Source: Candidatus Margulisiibacteriota bacterium (lineage in GTDB: Bacteria > Margulisbacteria > WOR-1 > JAHJIW01). Taken from it: a stretch of DNA of 41,046 bases. The notes beneath the pieces are model-generated. The model made no database searches, was not told where the DNA came from, and worked only from the letters and a program-made list of their open reading frames with translations. The stretch covers positions 1-41,046 of the forward strand of contig JBAZQH010000002.1 in the NCBI GenBank assembly GCA_041645285.1, given 5' to 3'. Of this stretch, positions 26,924-34,815 are shown piece by piece (the first letter of the stretch is position 1; each line of letters begins with the position of its first letter). The position numbers and the translations under genes were made by a program.

Positions 26924-27991
26924 ATGATTATTAAAACCCTGGACTCACTGCTAAACCAGGCAATTCAACTAAACGCCAGCGATCTCCACTTTGAGCCGCA
27001 AAAAAACGGCGCGGTGGTACGCATCCGCATTGACGGACTTTTGCAGGAAGCATTAAAAACCAACAAAGAAACATTAGTCCCGCTCATTTCACGCATCAAG
27101 GTCTTGTCACATTTGGACCTGGCCGAAAAACGTCTGCCCCAGGACGGCCGCATCTTCATGGAAATTGAAGGACAGCGGGTTGACCTGCGCATTTCCACCC
27201 TCCCCACCATTTACGGCGAAAAAGCCGTCATCCGGATTTTAAACCAAAACTCGCTGGTTAAATCCCTGGTGGAGATAAAAATGCCGTCTTTGGAACACGC
27301 CGCTTTCTGCCGGATGCTGGCTAAAAAGCACGGTATAATTCTGGTTTCGGGCCCCACGGGGAGCGGCAAAACCACCACGCTTTACGCCGCACTGCAAAAA
27401 TTAAATCAAACCGCAGTAAATATCATCACCATTGAGGATCCAGTTGAATATTCACTGGACGGCATCAGCCAAATCCATGTCAATGAAAAAATTGGCATGA
27501 CATTTGAGCGGGGATTACGCGCAATCTTGCGGCAGGATCCGGATATCATCATGGTTGGAGAAATCCGCGACAGAGAGACCGCCCGCATCGCCATCACCGC
27601 CGCACTGACCGGACATTTGGTCCTATCCACCATCCACACCAACGATTGCATCTCCTCAATCAGCCGGCTGGTTGATATGGGAATTGAGCCGTATTTAATT
27701 GCTGGAGCGCTGGTGGGGTTGGTGTCACAACGATTGGTTAGGAAATCCACGGCCACGACATCGGGCGGCGTCTCCGTCCCGCCGCCAACTGCCTGCGGCC
27801 GCCAGGCAATTTTTGAAGTGTTGGAAATTGATGAGGAACTGCGCGGGCTTATCACCCGTGCCGCACCAAAGGATAAGCTCACCACATCGGCGCAAGCCCG
27901 CGGCATGCGGTCGCTTTTGGAAAATGGCTTGGCGCTATGCTCCAGCGGCACAGTAGCCAGGGAAGAATTAAGCCGGGTTTTAAGTGAGTAA
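26924..27991 (+). CDS. Minimal GspE/PilB-family secretion/type IV pilus ATPase (about 355 aa, N2 plus ATPase domains only)
   Basis: AEKRLPQDGRI (N2 domain), Walker A GPTGSGKTT, Asp box TIEDPVEY, Walker B DPDIIMVGEIRD, His box GHLVLSTIHTND. I prefer the ATG at 26924 over the TTG at 26900. Confidence 0.8.
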   Translation: MIIKTLDSLLNQAIQLNASDLHFEPQKNGAVVRIRIDGLLQEALKTNKETLVPLISRIKVLSHLDLAEKRLPQDGRIFMEIEGQRVDLRISTLPTIYGEKAVIRILNQNSLVKSLVEIKMPSLEHAAFCRMLAKKHGIILVSGPTGSGKTTTLYAALQKLNQTAVNIITIEDPVEYSLDGISQIHVNEKIGMTFERGLRAILRQDPDIIMVGEIRDRETARIAITAALTGHLVLSTIHTNDCISSISRLVDMGIEPYLIAGALVGLVSQRLVRKSTATTSGGVSVPPPTACGRQAIFEVLEIDEELRGLITRAAPKDKLTTSAQARGMRSLLENGLALCSSGTVAREELSRVLSE

Positions 27992-28038
27992 TTTCCCATG
28001 CCAAAATTTTTGGTATGGGTTAAAAATGGGAGGAAATC

Positions 28039-28275
28039 ATGGGAAATTGCGGTAAGGCCTCATTGACAACTAAAATGCATTTGATAAAATTTCATACAAA
28101 GCAGCTTTCTGCTCCAAAAAGGCGTAGAATTGCTGGTATCTTTGCGAGATTAACAGAGTACACAACCGCAATCCTGGTTTTTGGATCAATCGTTTCGAAG
28201 CAAATAAATTTGGGCATAATTATCATTGGGCTGATTTTTTTCTTTGTATTTATAGTCATCGCGGTAATTTCATAA
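28039..28275 (+). CDS. Small hypothetical membrane protein (78 aa)
   Basis: SD GGGAGGAAA lies 4 nt upstream of the ATG. There are two hydrophobic helices (ILVFGSIV.., LGIIIIGLIFFFVFIVIAVI). Confidence 0.45.
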   Translation: MGNCGKASLTTKMHLIKFHTKQLSAPKRRRIAGIFARLTEYTTAILVFGSIVSKQINLGIIIIGLIFFFVFIVIAVIS

Positions 28276-28299
28276 CCTAATAATGAGGAGGTAAACTAA

Positions 28300-28404
28300 A
28301 TGGACCCGACCATCGTTTTACTGCTTGGGTTGATATGTATTGGCCTGATTGTATTGGCTTTCCTGCTCATCGGCCAAAGTCAACCCAACCAAAAGCAGCC
28401 ATAA
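28300..28404 (+). CDS. Unlisted 34-aa single-TM peptide (MDPTIVLLLGLICIGLIVLAFLLIGQSQPNQKQP)
   Basis: This ORF is not in the ORF track because it is shorter than 60 aa. A strong SD (GAGGAGG) lies 8 nt upstream of the ATG at 28300. Its TAA stop overlaps the plsC ATG (TAATG). Confidence 0.4.
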   Translation: MDPTIVLLLGLICIGLIVLAFLLIGQSQPNQKQP

Positions 28405-29123
28405 TGCAGAAAATTATAAATTCCCTGCACTCTATCTTTTTCTATTTATTTGTCGCCGTCACTTTCTTGGTCGGCATGTTAATCACCATGGCGGCCGCGC
28501 TTTTTTCCAAAGATAAGGAACGTACTTTTCAAAACGCCGCACGCATTTGGGCAAAACTACTCGCCCGGATTTCGCGCATCAAAGTAAAAGTTGAGGGAAT
28601 GGAAAACCTTCCGCATAACCAGCCGGTGGTATTAGCCGCCAACCATCAGAGCGCCGCCGATATTTTAATTTTGCTGGCGTATATTCCAACTTATTTTAAA
28701 TTTGTGGCTAAACGCGAGCTTTTTAAAGTTCCGTTGTTCGGGTCATATTTACGCCTGGCCGGTTACATTCCAATCGATCGCCAAAGCAACCTGAAAGCGC
28801 ACAAGACGCTTTACGATATCTCAAAACTAATCCGTGCCGGTGATTCTATCTTGATTTTTCCGGAAGGCACACGTACCCGCACGGGAGAGTTGGGGCCGTT
28901 TAAGCGCGGGAGTTTAGTCATTGCCCAACAGGCCGGGGTACCGGTAGTGCCAATTGCCATATCCGGCAGTTTCAATATCATGCCCAAAGGCACGCGCGTA
29001 ATTAACCCAACAAAAGTAAAGCTTTCTATAGGCGAACCAATCCCGGTGGAACATCACAGCATGGAGGAAATTTTAAATCGGGTGCGGAGCAAGATTACCA
29101 GTATGCTAAAGGAAGATTTTTAA
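28404..29123 (+). CDS. plsC: 1-acyl-sn-glycerol-3-phosphate acyltransferase
   Basis: The NHQSAADI (HX4D) and FPEGTRT motifs plus an N-terminal TM helix. I prefer the ATG at 28404 (MQKIINSLH..) over the track start at 28335, which overlaps the small peptide ORF. Confidence 0.85.
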   Translation: MQKIINSLHSIFFYLFVAVTFLVGMLITMAAALFSKDKERTFQNAARIWAKLLARISRIKVKVEGMENLPHNQPVVLAANHQSAADILILLAYIPTYFKFVAKRELFKVPLFGSYLRLAGYIPIDRQSNLKAHKTLYDISKLIRAGDSILIFPEGTRTRTGELGPFKRGSLVIAQQAGVPVVPIAISGSFNIMPKGTRVINPTKVKLSIGEPIPVEHHSMEEILNRVRSKITSMLKEDF

Positions 29124-30481
29124 GATAGTGCAAAGCTTTCCGCATCACGCAAATTCCCCACCGCCTCCACCTTAATGCCCTTAACCTTGGCCGATTCCTT
29201 TGCATTCCCCTGCGGAATAATGGCTTTAGAAAAACCTAACTTGGCCGCCTCCCCTAAACGCAGAGTAATATGATTGACCGCTCGCACCTCGCCCCCCAAC
29301 CCAATTTCCCCCACCACCATTATATCCGCCGGAATGGGCTGGTTTTTGTAGCAGGAAATAACTGCCATCGCCAAAGCCAAATCCGAGGCCGGCTCATTGA
29401 TTTTTACCCCACCGGCAACATTCACATAGACGTCTTTATCCGCCAGTTTTAATCCCAACCGTTTTTCAACCACCGCCAAAATTATCGCAGTACGATTATA
29501 GTCCAGGCCAGTAACCCCGCGACGGGGCATGGGAGAAGAAGTTGAAGTAATTAACGCCTGCAGTTCCACCAATAGCGGCCGGGTGCCTTCCATTGTAGCC
29601 ATCACGCTGGAGCCGGAAATATTCGCCGACCTTTCCTCTAAAAATAACTTTGAGGGATTGGCTACTTCCACTAAACCGTTTTCTCCCATTTCAAAAATGC
29701 CCACCTCGTTGGTTGAGCCAAAACGGTTTTTGGTGGCCCGGATCAGACGAAAATACTTGTGCTGGTCGCCTTCAAAATACAAAACCGTATCCACCATGTG
29801 CTCCAAAAGCCGCGGCCCGGCGATATTGCCTTCCTTGGTCACGTGCCCAACAATAAAAGTCGGCAAATTTAACGCCTTGGCAATTTTTATGATGTAATTT
29901 GAGCTTTCCCTAACCTGTGAAATTGACCCCGGCGCAGACGCAATATCATCGCGGCTCATGGTTTGTGCCGAGTCCACAATTAAAAACGCCGGTTTAAGGT
30001 TATTGATTTCGTTTTCAACCGCAAAAACTTTGGTTTCAGGATATACAATTAAGTTTTTTGAAAGCGCATTCAGCCGCGTGGCGCGCATTTTTATCTGTGC
30101 GGCCGACTCCTCACCGGTAACGTACAAAACTTTTCCGACTGCCGCCAGGCGGGCCGCAACCTGCAACATCAGGGTTGATTTCCCAATGCCCGGCTCACCC
30201 GCCAAAAGTATCACCGAGCCCATTACCAAACCCCCGCCCAACACCCGATCCAGCTCAACAATGCCGGTTTGCGTGCGGTGGTCTGCTTTAAGTGTTACTT
30301 CGGTGATTGCTTGGGGTTTTTCGGCAGAAACAATCGAGGGTGATTGGAATTTTGATTCGGATTCAATAATTCTTTCTTCTACAAAGCTATCCCAGGCATC
30401 GCAGTTGGGGCATTTACCCAGCCATTTGGCGGTGTCATAACCACATTCTTTGCAGAAAAATTTTGATTCTGATTTTGGCAT
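29120..30481 (-). CDS. radA: DNA repair protein RadA/Sms
   Basis: N-terminal zinc finger CKECGY...CPNC, Walker A GEPGIGKST, the KNRFG motif, and a C-terminal Lon-like domain. Confidence 0.92.
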   Translation of the reverse strand: MPKSESKFFCKECGYDTAKWLGKCPNCDAWDSFVEERIIESESKFQSPSIVSAEKPQAITEVTLKADHRTQTGIVELDRVLGGGLVMGSVILLAGEPGIGKSTLMLQVAARLAAVGKVLYVTGEESAAQIKMRATRLNALSKNLIVYPETKVFAVENEINNLKPAFLIVDSAQTMSRDDIASAPGSISQVRESSNYIIKIAKALNLPTFIVGHVTKEGNIAGPRLLEHMVDTVLYFEGDQHKYFRLIRATKNRFGSTNEVGIFEMGENGLVEVANPSKLFLEERSANISGSSVMATMEGTRPLLVELQALITSTSSPMPRRGVTGLDYNRTAIILAVVEKRLGLKLADKDVYVNVAGGVKINEPASDLALAMAVISCYKNQPIPADIMVVGEIGLGGEVRAVNHITLRLGEAAKLGFSKAIIPQGNAKESAKVKGIKVEAVGNLRDAESFALS

Positions 30482-30498
30482 AACCTTACCGCGCCCGC

Positions 30499-33000
30499 TT
30501 ACCGCCCAATTCGAGCTGACTCAATCTCTGGAGGTGTTGGGGCAGGAACATCTTTAGCGGGCGGGACTTTACCCTTGGACCCCTTAAAAGTAATGCCGTC
30601 TTTGCCGGCGGCCGCCTTGATTTTACTGCCCCAGCCAAATTTACCGCGCAAAATTTCCTCTGAAAGCGGGTCTTCGATGTTATCCTCGATGGCACGGCGC
30701 AGGGGGCGGGCGCCCAGTTTGGGATCATAACTTTTATCCACCAAAAAGGTCTTGGCGTCTTTGGCCAGGGAAATTTCAATGCCTTTATCTTTCAGGCGCT
30801 GGCCCGTTTCTTCCATTAAAATATCAACAATCTTCATCAGGTGCTCTTTCGCGAGCGGACGGAATACCAAAACCTCATCAATCCGGTTTAAAAACTCGGG
30901 ACGGAAGCGTTTTTTTACCTCTTCCAACACCTTGCTTTTCATCCGGTCATAATTGACGGAAATATCGTCGCTCTTGACAAAACCCATGGACGTATCTTTT
31001 CTAATCTCTTCTGCGCCCGTGTTTGAGGTCATGACTACGACCGTGTTTTTAAAGTCGATCGCGCGGCCCTGGGCATCGGTAATTTTTCCGTCATCCAAAA
31101 TTTGCAGAAGGATATTGATGACATCCGGATGGGCTTTTTCGATTTCATCAAACAGCACCACCGAATGGGGCTTGCGGCGGATTTGTTCGGTCAACTGACC
31201 ACCTTCCCCATACCCCACATACCCCGGGGGCGATCCGATCATTTTTGAAACCGTGTGTGATTCAAGGTATTCAGACATATCGACGCGCACAATCGCATCC
31301 ATATCCCCAAACAAAAATTCGGCTAATCTCTTGGCCAGCTCGGTCTTACCCACACCTGACGGCCCCAAAAACATGAATGATCCGATGGGGCGGCGGGGGC
31401 TTTTGAGCCCTGCGCGCGCGCGCCGGATTGACTTGGCAATGACCGCAATCGCTTCATTCTGCCCGATAATTTTTTCCTTTAAGGTTGTCTCCATCTGCAA
31501 AAGCCGCTGGGTTTCTTCCTCTGTCAGCTTGGTGACCGGCACGCCCGTCCACCCCGCCACTATCTCGGCAATGGTTTCACTGGTAACCGCCGGCAGGGTA
31601 TCTTTTCCGGCCGGGCCGGATTTTTTGGAAACGGCCTCAAACTTTTGTTTCAGTTCTTCTTCGCGGTCGCGTAGTTTTGCCGCTTCTTCATACCGCTGTG
31701 CCCCCACTGCCTTGTCTTTTTCGTACCTGACCTGCTCCAGTTCTTTACTGGCTTCGATTAATTCGGGCGAAGCGGCATTATTGCGCAGCATCACACGGCT
31801 GGAGGCCTCGTCAATTAAGTCAATGGCCTTATCCGGCAAATGGCGATCGGGAATGTAGCGAGCCGACAGGCGCGCCGCCGCTAACAGCGCCAAGTCATCA
31901 ATTTTCACTCTGTGATATTCTTCGTATTTAGGGCGCAGGCCCCGCAAAATTTCAATGGTCTCTTCAACCGTCGGCTCCGAAACCATGACCGATTGGAAAC
32001 GGCGCTCCAGCGCCGGGTCGGATTCGATGCGCTTGCGGAATTCATCAATGGTGGTGGCGCCGATGCACTGGATTTCACCCCGCGCCAGCGCCGGCTTTAA
32101 AATGTTGGCGGCATCCATGGCGCCTTCGGCGGCCCCCGCCCCAATTAACGTATGCAGTTCATCAATAAAAAGGATGACATTTTTTACTTTAATGACTTCT
32201 TCCAATACCTTCTTTAATCGGTCTTCAAATTCGCCGCGGTATTTGGTGCCCGCAATCATCAGCCCCAAGTCCAGCGTAACAATGCGGCGGTTTAACAACG
32301 TGGGCGGGACATTCCCGGCAATTACCTTTTGCGCCAACCCTTCAACAATGGCGGTTTTGCCAACCCCCGCCTCCCCGATTAATACCGGGTTGTTTTTTTT
32401 GCGGCGCGATAAAATTTGAATGACGCGCTCCACTTCATTGGCACGGCCAATCACCGGGTCCAGGTTGCCTTCGCGTGCGTTATAAGTTAAATCACGGCTG
32501 AAAGAATCAAGGATGGGCGTGTTGGTGGCCTTGGGTACTCCCTGGCGGTAAAAGACGGATTCTTCACCTAAAATAGCGATGACCTTGCTTTTGGCGGCGG
32601 TAGGCGACAGCTGTAATTCCCCTAAAATCTTACCGGTGATCCCCGATCCATCGCGCAAAATTCCCAGGAAAAGATGTTCAACTCCTACGTAGCTGTGGCC
32701 TAATTGGCGGGCTTCTTCCCAGGCAAATTCAATGACTTTTTTAACCTGCAGATTAAACGGGATTTCAATGCCTTTGATCGCCGCCCGCTTCCCGGCTTCT
32801 TTTTCAATCCGGTCTTTCACCATGGCCGGGTCAATGTGAAAAAATTCCAGCGTGCGGATGACCACTTTTTCGCCTTCGCGCAGCATCCCCAAAAGCAAGT
32901 GCTCGGATCCCACAAAGCCGCTGCCCAGCCGTTTTGATTCTTCCTGCGCGGCCATAATAACGCGCACGGCTTTTTCGGTAAAACGCTCAAACATTGCCAT
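30499..33000 (-). CDS. clpC: ATP-dependent Clp protease ATP-binding subunit ClpC
   Basis: Double Clp_N repeats at the N-terminus, two AAA modules ([18 protein letters not shown]), a UVR-like linker ([12 protein letters not shown]) and a ClpB_D2-small C-terminus. It lies upstream of radA, as in Firmicutes-type operons. Confidence 0.92.
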   Translation of the reverse strand: MAMFERFTEKAVRVIMAAQEESKRLGSGFVGSEHLLLGMLREGEKVVIRTLEFFHIDPAMVKDRIEKEAGKRAAIKGIEIPFNLQVKKVIEFAWEEARQLGHSYVGVEHLFLGILRDGSGITGKILGELQLSPTAAKSKVIAILGEESVFYRQGVPKATNTPILDSFSRDLTYNAREGNLDPVIGRANEVERVIQILSRRKKNNPVLIGEAGVGKTAIVEGLAQKVIAGNVPPTLLNRRIVTLDLGLMIAGTKYRGEFEDRLKKVLEEVIKVKNVILFIDELHTLIGAGAAEGAMDAANILKPALARGEIQCIGATTIDEFRKRIESDPALERRFQSVMVSEPTVEETIEILRGLRPKYEEYHRVKIDDLALLAAARLSARYIPDRHLPDKAIDLIDEASSRVMLRNNAASPELIEASKELEQVRYEKDKAVGAQRYEEAAKLRDREEELKQKFEAVSKKSGPAGKDTLPAVTSETIAEIVAGWTGVPVTKLTEEETQRLLQMETTLKEKIIGQNEAIAVIAKSIRRARAGLKSPRRPIGSFMFLGPSGVGKTELAKRLAEFLFGDMDAIVRVDMSEYLESHTVSKMIGSPPGYVGYGEGGQLTEQIRRKPHSVVLFDEIEKAHPDVINILLQILDDGKITDAQGRAIDFKNTVVVMTSNTGAEEIRKDTSMGFVKSDDISVNYDRMKSKVLEEVKKRFRPEFLNRIDEVLVFRPLAKEHLMKIVDILMEETGQRLKDKGIEISLAKDAKTFLVDKSYDPKLGARPLRRAIEDNIEDPLSEEILRGKFGWGSKIKAAAGKDGITFKGSKGKVPPAKDVPAPTPPEIESARIGR

Positions 33001-33009
33001 AGTGCGTTG

Positions 33010-33038
33010 ATTTTATCAGATAAAAAATGATTGTTCAA
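33010..33038 (-). promoter_or_regulatory. Sigma70-like promoter of clpC: TTGAAC, 17-nt spacer, (TGa)TAAAAT
   Basis: Minus-strand reading. The -10 box ends 9 nt before the clpC ATG at 33000, and there is no SD. Confidence 0.45.
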
Positions 33039-33060
33039 TTGCAAAAGAACCTCGGGCAAC

Positions 33061-33089
33061 TTGACAGGCGTTTTTCGCACACCCATAAT
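33061..33089 (+). promoter_or_regulatory. Near-consensus sigma70 promoter: TTGACA, 17-nt spacer, CATAAT, facing away from clpC
   Basis: The -35 box is at 33061-33066 and the -10 box at 33084-33089. An ATG 8 nt downstream opens a 34-codon ORF. Confidence 0.45.
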
Positions 33090-33472
33090 CATTTAATATG
33101 ACAACAAACCAGCAGCTCACGCCAGAAGAAAAGCAAAAAAAGCGGAAAATAGAAAAATTGCTATTAAAACATGGCTACCGCCGTGATGACCGCCCAGAAT
33201 AATCAATAAATACAGCCACGCTGAAACCTAGTACTGCGGGAAGGCCGAAATCCGCGTAACCGGCAAAGATGAAAACCCAAGATTCGATCGGCGCGTTGAA
33301 CTCTACTTAAACCTTGGCAAATATTCGGTTGATGTCAAAAAAATTGCCGCACTACTAAAACTATTGGACAAACTCGGGAAGCCAGTCAAGCTGTTTTCAA
33401 GCAAAAAATGGTTAAAAACCCTACCAAAAAGATGCTCGCAAACACATACCAAATAGAGCTTACCTTCTTTCA

Positions 33473-33526
33473 CAGGGGATGGGGCTCAGCGCATTATAAA
33501 GAGCCGTATAACGTGCCGTTTAATAC
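33473..33526. repeat. Direct repeat copy A (partial copy of the giant-gene terminator 3' half plus flank), abutting the 3' end of the AAA ATPase gene
   Basis: The core AAAGAGCCGTATAACGTGCC (33498-33517) matches 34759-34778 at 19 of 20 positions. Flanks show weaker similarity (CAGGGG..TGGG.C..GC.CA..). Confidence 0.5.
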
Positions 33527-34680
33527 TGCTGGATTGCGCGCAAAAGTTCCTGCGGGGAAAGAATTAAGATTTTATCGATTTTTTGCGGAATGGTTACGGG
33601 AGCCGCTATATAACAAGGGATTTCTGGATGGGTTGCATGCAGAGCTCGCACCCCGGATAAATCTGCCGCGGAAATGCTTTTTTTGAATTTACACTCTACG
33701 GCAAACAGCTTTTTTTTGCCGCGTTCCACAATCAAATCCACTTCTGCGCCGTGGCCAGTCCTCCAAAAAGACAAGCGCCAATCTTTTGCCGCGTATTGAT
33801 TTAGGCGATATATTTCCTGGATAATCCATTGCTCAAATAGGCGGCCTTTTTCTAGTGAACTCGGCTTATCTTGCAAGGTACCCAGGAGAGCACGCACAAC
33901 CCCGTTATCAAAAAAGTAAAATTTTGGACTATGGCTCATGCGCTTGCGTTCGCTTTTTAGGCAAGGGTAAAGAAAAAAGCCCATCAGCGTGTCTTCCAGG
34001 ATTGAGTAAAACTCACGGACGGTGGCGTAAGCCACGGCACATTGCCGCCCTAAATCCGAAAAATTAACCTGTTCGGCAAATTGCGCAGCGGCCACATCAA
34101 GAAAATTTTGAAATCCCTGTAAATTCCTAACCAACGCTTCGGACTTAATTTCCTCACGGAGATACGTAGTAATGTAGGAACGCAAAAAATCTTGTGCCAA
34201 TTTTTCTTTACGCTGAAGGAGAAATCCCCAAATTTTAGGTAATGAGCCATAACGCAAAACCGTTTCTAACGCAAAGTATTTGCCTAATTCTGCCTGGGTT
34301 AGCGGGTGCATGGTACGGTAAAGCGCCCTTCCGCCCAAAAGGTTGGCGGCGCCGTGGCGGAGCTTGCGCGCGCTGGAGCCAGAAAGGATAAATTTTAAAT
34401 GCGGATATTTTTCTATTAAAGAATGAATAACATCCAGTAGTTTCGGCACCTTTTGGATTTCGTCGATCAGAACAATGCCTTTTTTGCGCGGCAGGGCATC
34501 GACTTGCTTGGACAACAATGACGGATCTTTAGAGTAAAGCAACTGCGTATCTGGCTCCAACATATCTACCGCAAAAAGGGTGTTTATTTTTTTAAGCAGC
34601 GTAGTTTTACCTACTTGACGCGGGCCAAAAAGAAACAGATTTTCACCAGGCAAATTATCTTCCAAATAGCGCTTAAACAT
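33520..34680 (-). CDS. AAA-family ATPase of the AAA_14/DUF4143 type
   Basis: Walker A GPRQVGKTT, Walker B VLIDEIQ, and a C-terminal region (..FYFFDNGV.., ..VDLIVE..) as in DUF4143 proteins. The ATG at 34680 (MFKRYLE..) sits directly behind a sigma70-like promoter. Confidence 0.8.
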   Translation of the reverse strand: MFKRYLEDNLPGENLFLFGPRQVGKTTLLKKINTLFAVDMLEPDTQLLYSKDPSLLSKQVDALPRKKGIVLIDEIQKVPKLLDVIHSLIEKYPHLKFILSGSSARKLRHGAANLLGGRALYRTMHPLTQAELGKYFALETVLRYGSLPKIWGFLLQRKEKLAQDFLRSYITTYLREEIKSEALVRNLQGFQNFLDVAAAQFAEQVNFSDLGRQCAVAYATVREFYSILEDTLMGFFLYPCLKSERKRMSHSPKFYFFDNGVVRALLGTLQDKPSSLEKGRLFEQWIIQEIYRLNQYAAKDWRLSFWRTGHGAEVDLIVERGKKKLFAVECKFKKSISAADLSGVRALHATHPEIPCYIAAPVTIPQKIDKILILSPQELLRAIQQY

Positions 34681-34687
34681 AGTTGAT

Positions 34688-34716
34688 AATATACACGGTA
34701 TTCTATCAACGTGCAA
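34688..34716 (-). promoter_or_regulatory. Sigma70-like promoter of the AAA ATPase gene: TTGCAC, 17-nt spacer, TATATT
   Basis: Minus-strand reading. The -10 box ends 7 nt before the ATG at 34680, and there is no SD. Confidence 0.45.
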
Positions 34717-34731
34717 CTATAATTTATTTGG

Positions 34732-34787
34732 CAGGGGGGTTGGGCGCGGCACAAACCAAAAGAGCCGAATAACGTGCCTGTTAGAAC
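34732..34787. repeat. Direct repeat copy B (includes one arm of the terminator hairpin), upstream of the AAA ATPase promoter
   Basis: The core AAAGAGCCGAATAACGTGCC (34759-34778) has the same orientation as copy A. The two copies bracket the ATPase gene and its promoter. Confidence 0.5.
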
Positions 34788-34798
34788 GTTACCGGCTC
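34750..34798 (-). terminator. Rho-independent terminator downstream of the giant gene
   Basis: On the minus strand, GAGCCGGTAACGT, a 10-nt loop and ACGTTATTCGGCTC form 6+6 bp with a small internal loop. The tail TTTTGGTTTGTG follows. The stem begins 18 nt after the stop codon. Confidence 0.55.
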
Positions 34799-34815
34799 TA
34801 ATTCAATACAAAATA

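Noticed and set aside
27995-28019. Hairpin CCCATGCCAAAA/TTTTGGTATGGG right after the ATPase stop, considered as a terminator
   Set aside because: No U-tract follows the stem on the plus strand, and the next ORF with a strong SD starts 20 nt later. The hairpin is real in the sequence, but a terminator function is not supported.
30499-33000. A CtsR operator (direct repeat of GGTCAAA-type heptads) upstream of clpC, by analogy with Firmicutes
   Set aside because: I saw no such heptad repeat in 33001-33100, and no ctsR, mcsA or mcsB genes precede clpC.
33232-33456. 75-codon open frame (..AEIRVTGKDENPRFDRRVELYLNLGKYSVDVKKIAALLKLLDKLGKPVKLF..) that reads like protein
   Set aside because: It has no ATG, GTG or usable start after the upstream in-frame TAG, and I recognise no family. 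It may be a gene remnant, but I cannot support calling it a pseudogene.
33408-33686. 92-aa plus-strand ORF overlapping the 3' end of the AAA ATPase gene
   Set aside because: More than half of it is antisense to a well-supported gene. It has no SD and no recognisable motif.
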